Origin: Phaeosaccion multiseriatum
Lineage: Eukaryota; Protista; Ochrophyta, other classes
Assembly: GCA_965112735.1 (NCBI GenBank)
Contig: OZ218960.1
Span: 2,666,001 to 2,730,000 of the forward strand
Reading direction: 5' to 3'
Length of the DNA: 64,000 nucleotides
Below the pieces are notes generated by a model, which was not told the DNA's origin, did no database searches, and worked only from the letters and a program-made list of their open reading frames with translations. This document shows positions 43,417-53,980 of the stretch, piece after piece. The position numbers and the translations under genes are program-made. The first letter of the stretch is position 1; every line of letters begins with the position of its first letter.

Positions 43417-43974
43417 ATGCGCAGAAAGGAGAAAGGAGGGGTGTGTTGGCCACGGAGCAAAGTCGTCCCCAAGCTCTGTCAAGTAGAGAGCTGTGGTATA
43501 GAGCATATGGACTCCGTGTTGGCGCGCTGTTGCATGCAGGTGATCAAAGGGGGCGTGTGCACCTCCCATGGGGCCCAGAGGAGGCGCTGCCGTGTTGGAG
43601 AGTGTGACAAAGGAAGGGGGAGGGGGGGAAAGAGGCATGCGCGCATCAGCAGGGAGGAGGCCGAGGAGAAAGGCAGCTCTCAAGAAGCTCCTGCCCACAA
43701 TGGCCTGAGGAGAAGGGGACGTCCACGGGAGGGAAAGCGTAAGAAGCGAGGAGCGAGGAAGCCGCGCACCGCCTCTCGACCTAACCCCTCTGCTCGTGGG
43801 CAGGGAGGGCAAAGGGAGAAGCAGCCCGACAGTCGTGCCGCCAAGAAGAGGAAGGCGCTCCGTGTGGGGGATGAGGTCCAGCTGCCGAAGCGATTGAGCC
43901 AGTGTGGTGATGGGCTCAGGGGAGCTGTAGCGGCTTCAGGTAGGGATGAGGGCGTGGGTGCCGCTGTATGGTAG
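43417..43974 (+). CDS. Possible small basic protein with degenerate Cys/His finger repeats (CxxxxC...GGxCxxHG type)
   Basis: KLCQVESC...VIKGGVCTSHGAQRRRCRVGECDKG followed by an NLS-like basic tail; repeats are degenerate. Confidence 0.35.
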   Translation: MRRKEKGGVCWPRSKVVPKLCQVESCGIEHMDSVLARCCMQVIKGGVCTSHGAQRRRCRVGECDKGRGRGGKRHARISREEAEEKGSSQEAPAHNGLRRRGRPREGKRKKRGARKPRTASRPNPSARGQGGQREKQPDSRAAKKRKALRVGDEVQLPKRLSQCGDGLRGAVAASGRDEGVGAAVW

Positions 43975-44422
43975 GGGCTTGGACGAGGAGCAGCATCTTG
44001 AGTAGGGGGAGGGGCGGGGATGGAGAGACGCAAGGCTGCACGGCTTGAGTGTATCGCTCGTTTCGGTGGTCCACAATGACTGCCCACGTTGCCTACTCGG
44101 CCCACTCCATCCACCTTGCCCACCTTGCCTACTCTGGCTACTCTGCCCACCTTGCCCACCCGGCCCACCTTGCCCACAGCAAAAAGCGAGTCACGCCAGG
44201 CTCAAACAGAAAGGAAGGAGACCAAGAGAATGGGTGGGTGCGGCGGTGTGCGTCCTACTGGACAGAGAGAGAGAGAGCATGCGCAGCCATTGGAGGGAGC
44301 AAGTGCCAGTCTAGTAGAGCGGCGCGCCCTGAAGACGGGAAGAGAGAGAGAGAGCCCTACGGCGAGTCTGCCGGTGCATGATGCGATTGCCTTTCATTCA
44401 GTCATCACCAGTGTGTTTTCCT

Positions 44423-46306
44423 CTAGTTTACTTCAAACATCACACAGCCCTCGTTGCTGTCCTGCCCCGTGGCGTGGAGTCCGAGCTCTTCGTTGAGGTA
44501 CGCCAACACCGCAGGCTTGAGCACGCTAATGCCATCCACGCTGCCGCGGCCTCGACCGGTGATGACGGTGATCCAGCCCTTCGCCTTCTCCACTTGGAGA
44601 GCGTAGCGAAGGGCGGCCTTGCCTGTCCACTCCGAATGCCCGTGCAAGTCCAGAATCTTCCCTTCCTTGGCCGCCTTCCAATGCGACAATACACCCTTTT
44701 TGACAGCCTCTGCGTACAAGCCATCAGCCGAGCTCCATTGCCCGTGCACGGACAGGATGTCGACAGCGGTGCTGTAGGTCACCTCATTGGGCTGAATGCC
44801 TTCCCTCTGCATCTCCTCCAGCAAGGCAAGCGCCTTCTCGTGCTCTCCTCCATTGCCACAAGCCGCAATCGCAGAGCTGTATGAGATTTCATCGGGTCGA
44901 AGCCCTTCCCTCCGCATCTCCTCCAGCAAGGCAAGCGCCTTCTCGTGCTCTCCTGCATTGCCACAAGCCGTAATCGCAGCGTTGTATGAGATTTCATCGG
45001 GTCGAAGCCCTTCCCTCCGCATCTCCTCCAGCAGGTCAAGCGCCTTCTCGTTCTCTCCTGCCTTGCCACAAGCAGCAATCGCAGAGCTGTATGAGATTTC
45101 ATTGGGTCGAAGCCCTTCCCTCCGCATCTCCTCCAGCAAGGCAAGCGCCTTCTCGTGCTCTCCTGCATTGCCACAGGCAGTGATTGCAGAGCTGTATGAG
45201 ATTTCATTGGGTCGAAGCCCTTCCCTCCGCATCTCCTCCAGCAAGGCAAGCGCCTTCTCGTGCTCTCCTGCCTTGCCACAAGCAGAAATCGCAGAGCTGT
45301 ATGAGATTTCATTGGGTCGAAGCCCTTCCCTCCGCATCTCCTCCAGCAGGTCAAGCGCCTTCTCGTGCTCTTCTCCTGCATTGCCACAGGCAGCAATCGC
45401 AGAGCTGTACGAGATTTCATTGGGTCGAAGCCCTTCCCTCCGCATCTCCTCCAGCAAGGCAAGCGCCTTCTCGTGCTCTCCTGCATTGCCACAGGCAGCA
45501 ATCGCAGAGCTGTATGAGATGACATCAGGTCGAAGCCCTTCCCTCCGCATCTCCTCCAGCAAGGCAAGCGCCTTCTCGTGCTCTGCTGCCTTGCCACAGG
45601 CAGCAATCGCAGAGCTGTATGAGATTTCATTGGGTCGAAGCCCTTCCCTCCGCATCTCCTCCAGCAAGGCAAGCGCCTTCTCGTGCTCTCCTGCATTGCC
45701 ACAGGCAGTGATTGCAGAGCTGTATGAGATTTCATTGGGTCGAAGCCCTTCCCTCCGCATCTCCTTCAGCAAGGCAAGCGCCTTCTCGTGCTCTCCTGCC
45801 TTGCCACAGGCAGCAATCGCAGAGTTGTATGAGATGACATCAGGTCGAAGCCCTTCCCTCCGCATCTCCTCCAGCAAGGCAAGTGCCTTCTCGTGCTCTG
45901 CTGCCTTGCCACAAGCAGCAATCGCAGAGCTGTACGAGATTTCATTGGGTCGAAGCCCTTCCCTCCGCATCTCCTCGAGTAGGGCAAGCGCACCCTTCCA
46001 TCGCCCAGCCTTACCCACTGCAGAAATGGCGGCACTATACACAATGACATTCATCCGAAGCCCCGCTGCTTTCGCCTCCTCTATCACTCTCGCCACCCCT
46101 CTCCAGTCCCGCATATTTCCAAGTCTCTGGATCTCCTTCATCAACGCTATTTGCTTCTGCCGCTCATTGCCTCTAGCACCTCGTCCCTGCCGCGATCCTC
46201 CCGTGATACTCCTCTTAGTTCCAAGAATGCGAAGCGAGTGTGTCGCCGATCGCCGCTGAGCATGCACTGCTGCTGGGGCTGTGAGGACGGAGTTCTGTTT
46301 CCCCAC
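44423..46306 (-). CDS. PPR-SMR protein: about 13-14 P-type pentatricopeptide repeats + C-terminal Smr domain
   Basis: 35-aa repeats EISYSSAIAACGxAGEHEKALALLEEMRREGLRPN/D. Smr motifs ILDLHG and VITGRGRGS...VLKPAV. No intron in this interval. True start probably upstream (about 46385-46394; see indel finding). Confidence 0.93.
   Translation of the reverse strand: MGKQNSVLTAPAAVHAQRRSATHSLRILGTKRSITGGSRQGRGARGNERQKQIALMKEIQRLGNMRDWRGVARVIEEAKAAGLRMNVIVYSAAISAVGKAGRWKGALALLEEMRREGLRPNEISYSSAIAACGKAAEHEKALALLEEMRREGLRPDVISYNSAIAACGKAGEHEKALALLKEMRREGLRPNEISYSSAITACGNAGEHEKALALLEEMRREGLRPNEISYSSAIAACGKAAEHEKALALLEEMRREGLRPDVISYSSAIAACGNAGEHEKALALLEEMRREGLRPNEISYSSAIAACGNAGEEHEKALDLLEEMRREGLRPNEISYSSAISACGKAGEHEKALALLEEMRREGLRPNEISYSSAITACGNAGEHEKALALLEEMRREGLRPNEISYSSAIAACGKAGENEKALDLLEEMRREGLRPDEISYNAAITACGNAGEHEKALALLEEMRREGLRPDEISYSSAIAACGNGGEHEKALALLEEMQREGIQPNEVTYSTAVDILSVHGQWSSADGLYAEAVKKGVLSHWKAAKEGKILDLHGHSEWTGKAALRYALQVEKAKGWITVITGRGRGSVDGISVLKPAVLAYLNEELGLHATGQDSNEGCVMFEVN
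44786..46048 (-). repeat. Coding tandem array of 12 x 105-bp near-identical PPR units (one unit +3 bp)
   Basis: Span is 1263 bp = 12x105+3. The units share near-identical nucleotide sequence, including synonymous sites. Confidence 0.92.
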
Positions 46307-47473
46307 AGCAGGGCGGTGCGCAGCAGATGGAGCAGCAGAAGCCCATCTTTCCCACGAGCTTATAAAAGCAGTAGCAGGAGCACCATATCGGCCATCAGCG
46401 GAAGTACCTCCTGGGGCACAGCGGAAATAAAGGCCGCCACCCTGTTGCCCGTCATCCCCTTCGCTCGCTCAATTCACGATAGAACTCCTTCCTTTCTCAG
46501 GATACCACCTGAAGCCCACGACGAATATGCTGTGGCTGTCGACTCTGGCACGGGATCGAGGGGGGGAGAACACACTGGAGCGAATTTCGAAATCTCCCCG
46601 TGAAAAGTGTGCGGCTTACAAGGGATTCGCATCGCAAAACTAAACTAACAAAGGGGTGGCGGGGGACACAGCAGCGCTGGAGCAGCTCGACGCCATCTTC
46701 TGTAGAGGCTCTCTTCGTGGACGAAGGATGACGTGTGGATCATGGCGCTTCGGCTCAGCGGGAGGAGCCAGGTGTCAGGATACAAAGGACGCAGCCATGT
46801 GTCAGGATCCAGGCATGGCTTCCACGGGCCACAAGTAGAGCGCTTGAGAGGCATGCGTACATACATATGCACATACCTACACACACACACCCTCAGTCTT
46901 CCCCGGGGGGCATGTCCCCAACCCTGACGAGGCCCTGCAAGGCGGCCTCCACTTGTTGGCCCTGCCACTGGCTCGAGTGAAGATATGGCAGGGGGGGAGG
47001 AGCTGCACTTTGAAGGAGGCGTTGATTTGAGGAGGTGGTCGGAAAGACAACATCCTTTGTATGTAGCAGGCAGGAGCGTTGGTTACCTCATGCACGCACG
47101 CATACCTCGCCCAAAAGTGAGGGTGTGTGTGAGTGCGTGTCCATGTCTGGGTCCAGTCGTTCCAGGCGGATCACACACACACACACACAACACACACACA
47201 CACACACAACACACACACAAACACACACGTACAAATACACGCACACAGACTCCGTGGAAGACTACGGTGAGGGAAGCAGGGTCCTTCTGGGCCGCTAACA
47301 CACTGATAGGAGCGAAACAGGTCCGCCTTACCACTCCCGACAGGGCTTGGAGAGCCGAAATGGTAGTCCGTCATTTAGTGAATTTCAATAACACTAACCG
47401 TCACGTTGCAGTTTAGCCCAGCATGGCTCGGCCGATATACAAAGAGCTCCGCCAGGGTGGGGGTTATTCTCAA

Positions 47474-50400
47474 TCAGGCCCTCGCCTCCTTCCCTCCTTT
47501 CCTTCCTCCCTTTCCTTCCCCGCTTGTCTTTTCGGTGTGGGTGCCGCTGGTGGTGCTTTCAGCTTCGTGCTTTGTTGCCTCGGTGTTGTTGCTGCTGAAC
47601 TTGTTTCCGCTTCCGACGCTGAAGTTGAAGTAGTGCCGACGCAGGTGCGTGAGGGCATTCTCCCATACCTCCTTCCCGACGTCCAGCGGGGAGGAGGAGG
47701 CGCCCCCCTCATTGCTCCTCTCCTGGATCATCTTCTCGATCCAGCCTCCGCCCACTGCAGGGGTCAGCGCGTGGGTAGTCGGTGGTTAGTGGGTGCTTGG
47801 TGCATGCTCAGTGCTTAGTTTGTTGGATTATTGGGTGGGTAGGGGGTGGGTCAAAGGTTGAATATCTGCATTGGGCAGTGAGCGGGAAGTGGGCGATTCG
47901 TGTGTTGAAGGTGGGTGTGGATGGTCAGGCCACACGCACTTACGATCGTCGAGTAGGGTTTTTCCTCTTGCGAAGTCAACGAGAGTGTACCCGAGGATCT
48001 TCTGTGCCGCCACCATGGCACCCGACAGAGCTCCCGCCCAACCCGCAAAGGCCACGTCCTGGGAGGGGCAAGCAAGCGAACAAGCAAGCAAGCAAGCAAG
48101 GAAGGAAGTGTAAGTATGCAAGCTTACTTACTCACTTACTTGCTTACTTACGCACCTGTCCAGTAAAGTAGAGGCCCTCTACATCGCAGTGCGGCCTCAG
48201 GCTCATGTCGAGCATCCTTGACGGAGTGTGCCTCAGACCCAGCGTCTCCACACGTTGTGTGTAGTCAAAAAGCGTCAGTGGAGTCCCCACCTCCACCACC
48301 TGTCGAGAGTAAAGTTGAGTCTACGTACACACACCCACACACAGAGACACCACACCAACACGCCTGCCTACCCTAACCTACCCACATCTATGTGTGGCTC
48401 CACCTGCGGGAAGTTGCTCACGAGGGCCCTTACGAGCTTCCTCTCCACCAGAGCCTTTGCCTCAGCGTACGCCTCTGAGCGGCCGCTGCTGCCCATACGA
48501 CTGCTGCCGCTGCTGCTACTGCTGGTGGTGGTGGTGGTGGTGGTGGTGGTGGTGGTGGTTGCATGCTCTTCCCCTCCCCCTTCAAGCGGCTGCTGCTTCT
48601 TCGCTCTTCCGTCCATGTCCAGCCCCTCCATGTCCAGAAAGGCCTTTGGGCGTGCCTCGCTGAAGATGATGGCGGTGCTCTTGCCGGGCATGGTCAGGGA
48701 CGCGTAGTGAGGGTCCTTGGCAGAAGCGAAGACGATGCCTGTTGATGGAGATTGGTGGATTGGTTGCATGGGTGAGTAGGAAGAAGGATCGAGAGAGGGG
48801 ACGAACGATGCAGGAGGGAGGGGAGACACGTAGTGGGGAATCTACGGCCATCAGGCAAACACACACATACACACACATACACATGACCACACATACGCAC
48901 ACGACAAGACAAGTACTGACGGGGGCAGGGCGGCTGGGACAGCGCGACAACAGGCCATATTCACAACCACACACCTGCGGACACGTCTTCCACACCGGGG
49001 TCGAGCAGCGTGTCTCTGTAAAAGTCCTGCACATCGCTCGCGTCCATGTCTCTGAGAGAGGGAGGCATGGGGAGGGAGGGAAGGGTGTCAAAATACGCAA
49101 CAGGCATGACATGGCAATCCTCTTCGGGGGCCCCCATCCACTGCCCTCTCCTCACGTCGTCACCACCTATAAACTGCCATCCACATGCGTCGATCTACAC
49201 CCATGAGCATCCATGTATCTACCTACATGCACAGGGTTCCCTCTCCTCCAACTCACTGGTGAACCTCCCCCATACACTACCTACATTCCTGCTTTCACTT
49301 CACTTCAGTAGACCTCAACCAATATATCGACCCCACAAGCCGAAATGTATCGATGCCATCACCCACCACCACCCACCTCAAACTCAAACTCAACCTCAGA
49401 CTCATCCACTCACTTTTGCGCGTCACAAGGTATATAGTAATAAGAGCTGGAGCGGAGTCCCAAGTCCTCATGCGAGGCATTGAGGCCGATAAAGGCCATG
49501 GCATGACTGATGCCTCCCTTGCTGTTGCGCAGCACGGCCTCGTGCAGACGCCTCAGCGGGCCCTCGCCCTGCACCGTCCAGGGGGGCAGCAGCTTGTTCA
49601 AGGTGGAGAGCATGCCGGCGTCGGAAACCACCCCTTTCGAGGCCCTGATCACGTCTCCATTCGCGAGTCGCACTCCCGTGGCTCTTGCCCGCCCCCCTCC
49701 TCCTCCCCCTCCGCCCTTCTTGTCCCCCTCCCCTTCCTTCTCAAGGAGGATCTCGGCCACTCGTGCCCTGACAAGCACATCGCCCCCACTGGTGCGTATG
49801 GTGGGCACGAGACCCCTGGCGAATTCCATGGGGCCCCCCTCGGGGTAGTGGCACCCCTCCAGCACGTGCCCCAACACCGCTGCCTGCTTGATGCATTGGT
49901 AGGCAAAGGAAAGGAACGTCAAGTAGGAGTAATACGGAGTAGAAGGAGGAGAGAGATGATAAAAGTTGAAGTAGCGTGGGGTGTGTGGTTCTCTCGCAAA
50001 TGTAGACGCACACAACGTCACGCACACACGCACGCACGCACGTTGCGCAAGCACGCACCCAAAATCCACACACACCTATTCACACCCAACACCACATGCA
50101 TACGTACACACGCGCACACACATGCACGCACACACGCACACACGCACACACGCACACACGCACCTGCATGACGAAGCTTCCGTCCCTGAGGGACTCCCCC
50201 AAGTCCCCCCCAAAGGCGCTGAGCACGGTCTTGAGGCGGCCGTCTGACGTCAGCCCGTCCAAAGCCTCCTCTGTCGTCATTGACGCGTACTTCATGTACG
50301 TGCTGTGGAGGGGTGTCAGGACAGAGGGTAGGTGGGGGGTGGGTGGGTGGGTGGTGGGTGTCAGGACAACAGTGTGTGAGGACAGAGGAAAGGTGGTGTC

Positions 50401-52515
50401 AGAACAGAGGGTAGGTCGGACACTTCGTCAATAATGCATGGGTTTCCACTTCGACACCTTCAAACACACCTAACACCTCCATACTATCTACACACCTGCA
50501 CAGCAGTTGAGACATGATCCATTGAAGGGGCTGCGGGAAGATCTTGAAGGTCATAAACATGCCGGCCTGCCATTTGGCCTTCTCCACTATGGCAAGAAAA
50601 GTGTCATTGGCCTCGGCCTCGTCGGGAAAGTGCTTCACCAGCTCCTTCCGCACGCTCTCTTTCCCCTCCCGCACTGGACCGACATATGGACCGACCGAAC
50701 AACCGACCCATGGAGCCCGAGAGGGAGCAGCGAGTGGAATTGACAAGCAGCATTTCATTCGTGAGGTTCGTACGAACGGAGAGAGAGAGAGAGGGAGAGA
50801 GGGAGGGAGGAGCCAAGGTGCAAGTACTCGCGTCCCGAATCCCTCCCAGCAGCAGCAGCAGCAGTTGGTGATACAGCGGCAGTTGGTTATACACACCATG
50901 CATGACGTCCATATCGCCTATTCGGAGGTCATGCGAGCACATATCTCCTTCGTCTGCGGGCACGCTGTCTCCGGCCTGTGTTGGGAGTCGATCATGACAG
51001 TTTCATAGGCATGAAGGGGGCAGGTAAGGCATCATCAAGAGGTGTAACACGCAGGGGGTGATGCCTAGGTCAGCAGTGGATGATTGAGAAAAAGTGAGAC
51101 CGTCCTTCACACTGCGATACACAAAAGACAGTGAGCCAGTGAGACGGTGAGGCAGTACTGTAAGTACTCTCTCTCTCTCATCTCCCACCTTGCGATACAC
51201 AATCTCTTGCTCCGGGTCGGCAACGAGGTCGTAGAGCGGCGCACAGAGAGCTCGGTTGGCGATGTAGTGCAGCCCCGGCACGAACTCGTAGCCCCCGCGG
51301 CGGAAGGTGTGTTCAAAGCCGCCAGCCACGTACTGCAATCGAGTTGGAGTTTGGAGTTGTTACGTTGTTGGCCTTGTGAGCATGGTATTATTTGTGTGTG
51401 GATCGATGTATGTATGTATATATGTGCATTGATCTTGCGGGGAGGTGACGATCGAATACCTCAGCTCAGCTCACCTCGTCTCACCGCACCTCACCTACCT
51501 ACTCCCTCACTCCCTCCCACCCCCTTCCCTCACTCACTCATTCATTCCCTCATTCCCTCACTCCCTCGCTCACTCATTCACCCACTCATTCTTTTCCTCA
51601 CTCACTCCTCACTCACTCACTTCCTCACTCACCCACCCACCCACCCGCGCACTCACCCAGTCACGCTCTTTAGTGTAACTCATCCACCACTAACCTACTC
51701 ACCCACCCACTCACCCACCCACCCGCTCATTTTCTCACTCACTCACCCACCCACCCGCTCATTCTCTCACTCACTCACTCACTCACTCACTCACTCACTC
51801 ACTCACTCACTCACTCACTCACTCACTCACTCACTCACTCACTCACTCACTCACTCACTCACTCACTCACTCACTCACTCACTCACTCACTCACTCACTC
51901 ACTAACTCAACCACTCACCCACCCCCCTACCCACCCACTAACGCACCCACCAAAGCATTAACTCACTCACTCACATGCTGTTCGAGTACGAGACTTTTGA
52001 TGCCGAATTTGGCGAGACAGGCTCCGAGCCAGAGCCCCCCTTTCAGAAGTCAGTGGGCAGTGGAATAGGGAGGCAGAATGAGGGCCTGCTTCTCTCGACA
52101 GATGCGCGCACATCAGCCGGGAAGGAGGAGGGTGTGCCTCTGCCCGGGCTCGCTCAGAAAGGTTTAAACTCTTCTCTTGATTTGACTTTGCTCGAAACCG
52201 TACCTATTCCGGACCCCACGATGATGTAATCAATCTCTCCCATAGCAGCGACTCTCTCCGGGCGGTAGCTGCGGTGCAAGAGATCTGCATCACGCGCTTG
52301 CCAGCGATTCTTCCTTTGGCTGTCTTTCCCGCTTCCCTTGTTGTTGATGCTCCCAGTATCGAAGGCGGCGAAGCAGCAGCACAGAGGGCTGATCTTCTTC
52401 CCGGCGGTGAAGGCGAAGCAGCCCTCCGAGTTCCCAAGGATAGTAATGGCTGCTGCACGAAGCAGATTGCCCTTCCCACAAGGCAGAGGAGGAGGAACGA
52501 CAATGCATGCAACAT
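47474..52515 (-). CDS. Multi-exon FAD-dependent oxidoreductase of the RETSAT/CRTISO/phytoene-desaturase family, probable plastid presequence; one apparent frameshift in exon 1
   Basis: IDYIIVGSGI|GGLWLGACLAKFGIKSLVLEQH|YVAGGFEHTFRRGGYEFVPGLHYI; HYPEGGPMEFARGLVPTI...GVRLANG...VVSDAG; GIVFASAKDP; EVGTPL; YFTGQ|DVAFAGWAGALSGA. N-terminus MLHALSFLLLCLVGRAIC|FVQ. Confidence 0.85.
51770..51903 (-). repeat. Intronic (GAGT)n microsatellite
   Basis: (ACTC)n on the + strand in an intron of the RETSAT-like gene. Confidence 0.95.
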
Positions 52516-52968
52516 GGCGGATTCCGACGGCTTTCCGCAAAATCGCTTCATCAATTAGAGCAAGCAGGAGTAAGGGGGGAGCGGGTGACTACATTTAAAC
52601 TCCAAGAGATGAAGAGAAAGACGGAGAGGATATGCGGAGAGAGAGGGGATCCAGATTTGGATACTTGGCATGTTGGTCCTCCGTGCATCTGTGAAACCCC
52701 ATAACGTGCATCTGTGAGTAGTACGCGGCGGAGGAGGAATGCGCCCACTGCAAAAATTCTGTAACAACATTTTGTTTTTCCTACGTAAGATAGGCGAGAG
52801 TGGTAAGGCAGGAGCCATGGGCCACCCAGGCAGAAGAAAACGCGACGAGCCACTTCTTCATACGAAGGGGACCCGAGCCAGGCGCCAAAGAGACGACGTG
52901 TGACAAGGGAAAGGAGGAATCGAGGGTGACGGCGCATCTCGAATACAGTAATTGGAGACGTTCCCACG

Positions 52969-53922
52969 ATGGCCAAGGGCCAGCAGAAGCAGAACACCTT
53001 GGAGATGGGGATATCTCCCCAGGGCTCCCCGAAGAGAGCAAACTCGCCACAGCCAGCGCCGGTGCAATCCTTGCGGTCAGTCAGACACGCCAATGCGAGC
53101 CTGGAAGGTGCTGGTGGAGGGGGGGGAACAGGTGGGGAGGCATTCCTCGTCGTGAACAGCACCTTGAGCAGCGGCGGCCCTCCAACGCCAGTGGAAAGTG
53201 ATGCAAAACCCAAGAATGCGGTCGATGCGGCGATGGCAGCCATAGGGGTGGTAGAAGGGGCGGCAGCTGGGAGGACTCCGACTCCGTGTCCAGAGGGAGG
53301 GGTGAAGCACGTGCACTTGGCCCAGATGATGGCAGCAGAGGTCAGGAAGGCCATGGCCACTGAGGCAGACACCAGCAAAGAGACGGTAGAAGCTGGAGAA
53401 GAGCCAGTCCAGGAATCAGCAGGTGAGTGAGTCAATAGGTGTCCCCTCTGCTGTGGGATCAACGTGCATCGACCCTTGAACGCTCCATTCACCGCCCTCT
53501 TACTCTCGCTAAGACTTTTTACAGAAAGCCCATAATTCTTCGATGCGTCGACTTCTCCGGTTGCCTGCATCTGTATGCCGCCGCGGCTCTCTTCACCAAA
53601 CACCGCTCTGCCTCGCCACCCGCACCAGTTGGTGATACAGGAGCAGAGGCGTCTGCGGAGAGCAGCACCAAAGAGGACGCAATCCAACAAGTGACAAATA
53701 CCGTCGTGGCTGAGCTAACCGTCGAAGCACCAACTTCCGAGGAGGACCAACTGGAGGTGCAAGTGCGCCAGTCCGAGATGATGCAGCACATGTTGTCCAG
53801 CAACATCGTCACGCAAATAGAGCCGGGATCTCCTCCAGTAAAGTGAGTGAGTGCTGTTTCCCTAGGGGGTAGGACACAGTATCATTACTGGCCCGAGTGG
53901 CTTGTGCTCTTCATTCCCCTGT

Positions 53923-53980
<58 letters not shown>

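Noticed and set aside
44085-44178. 9-bp tandem CCCACCTTG giving a GKVGRV / PTL repeat ORF; also an 18-bp repeat at 2716-2778 and a 21-bp repeat at 57277-57325
   Set aside because: Short local minisatellites with no evidence of function.
44786-46048. Regular repeat array as a possible CRISPR
   Set aside because: Units are contiguous 105-bp in-frame coding PPR repeats with no unique spacers, and there are no cas genes.
44796-46259. 487-aa + strand ORF and 318-aa alternative-frame ORF
   Set aside because: Shadows of the PPR repeat array; a stop-free unit repeated gives long ORFs automatically.
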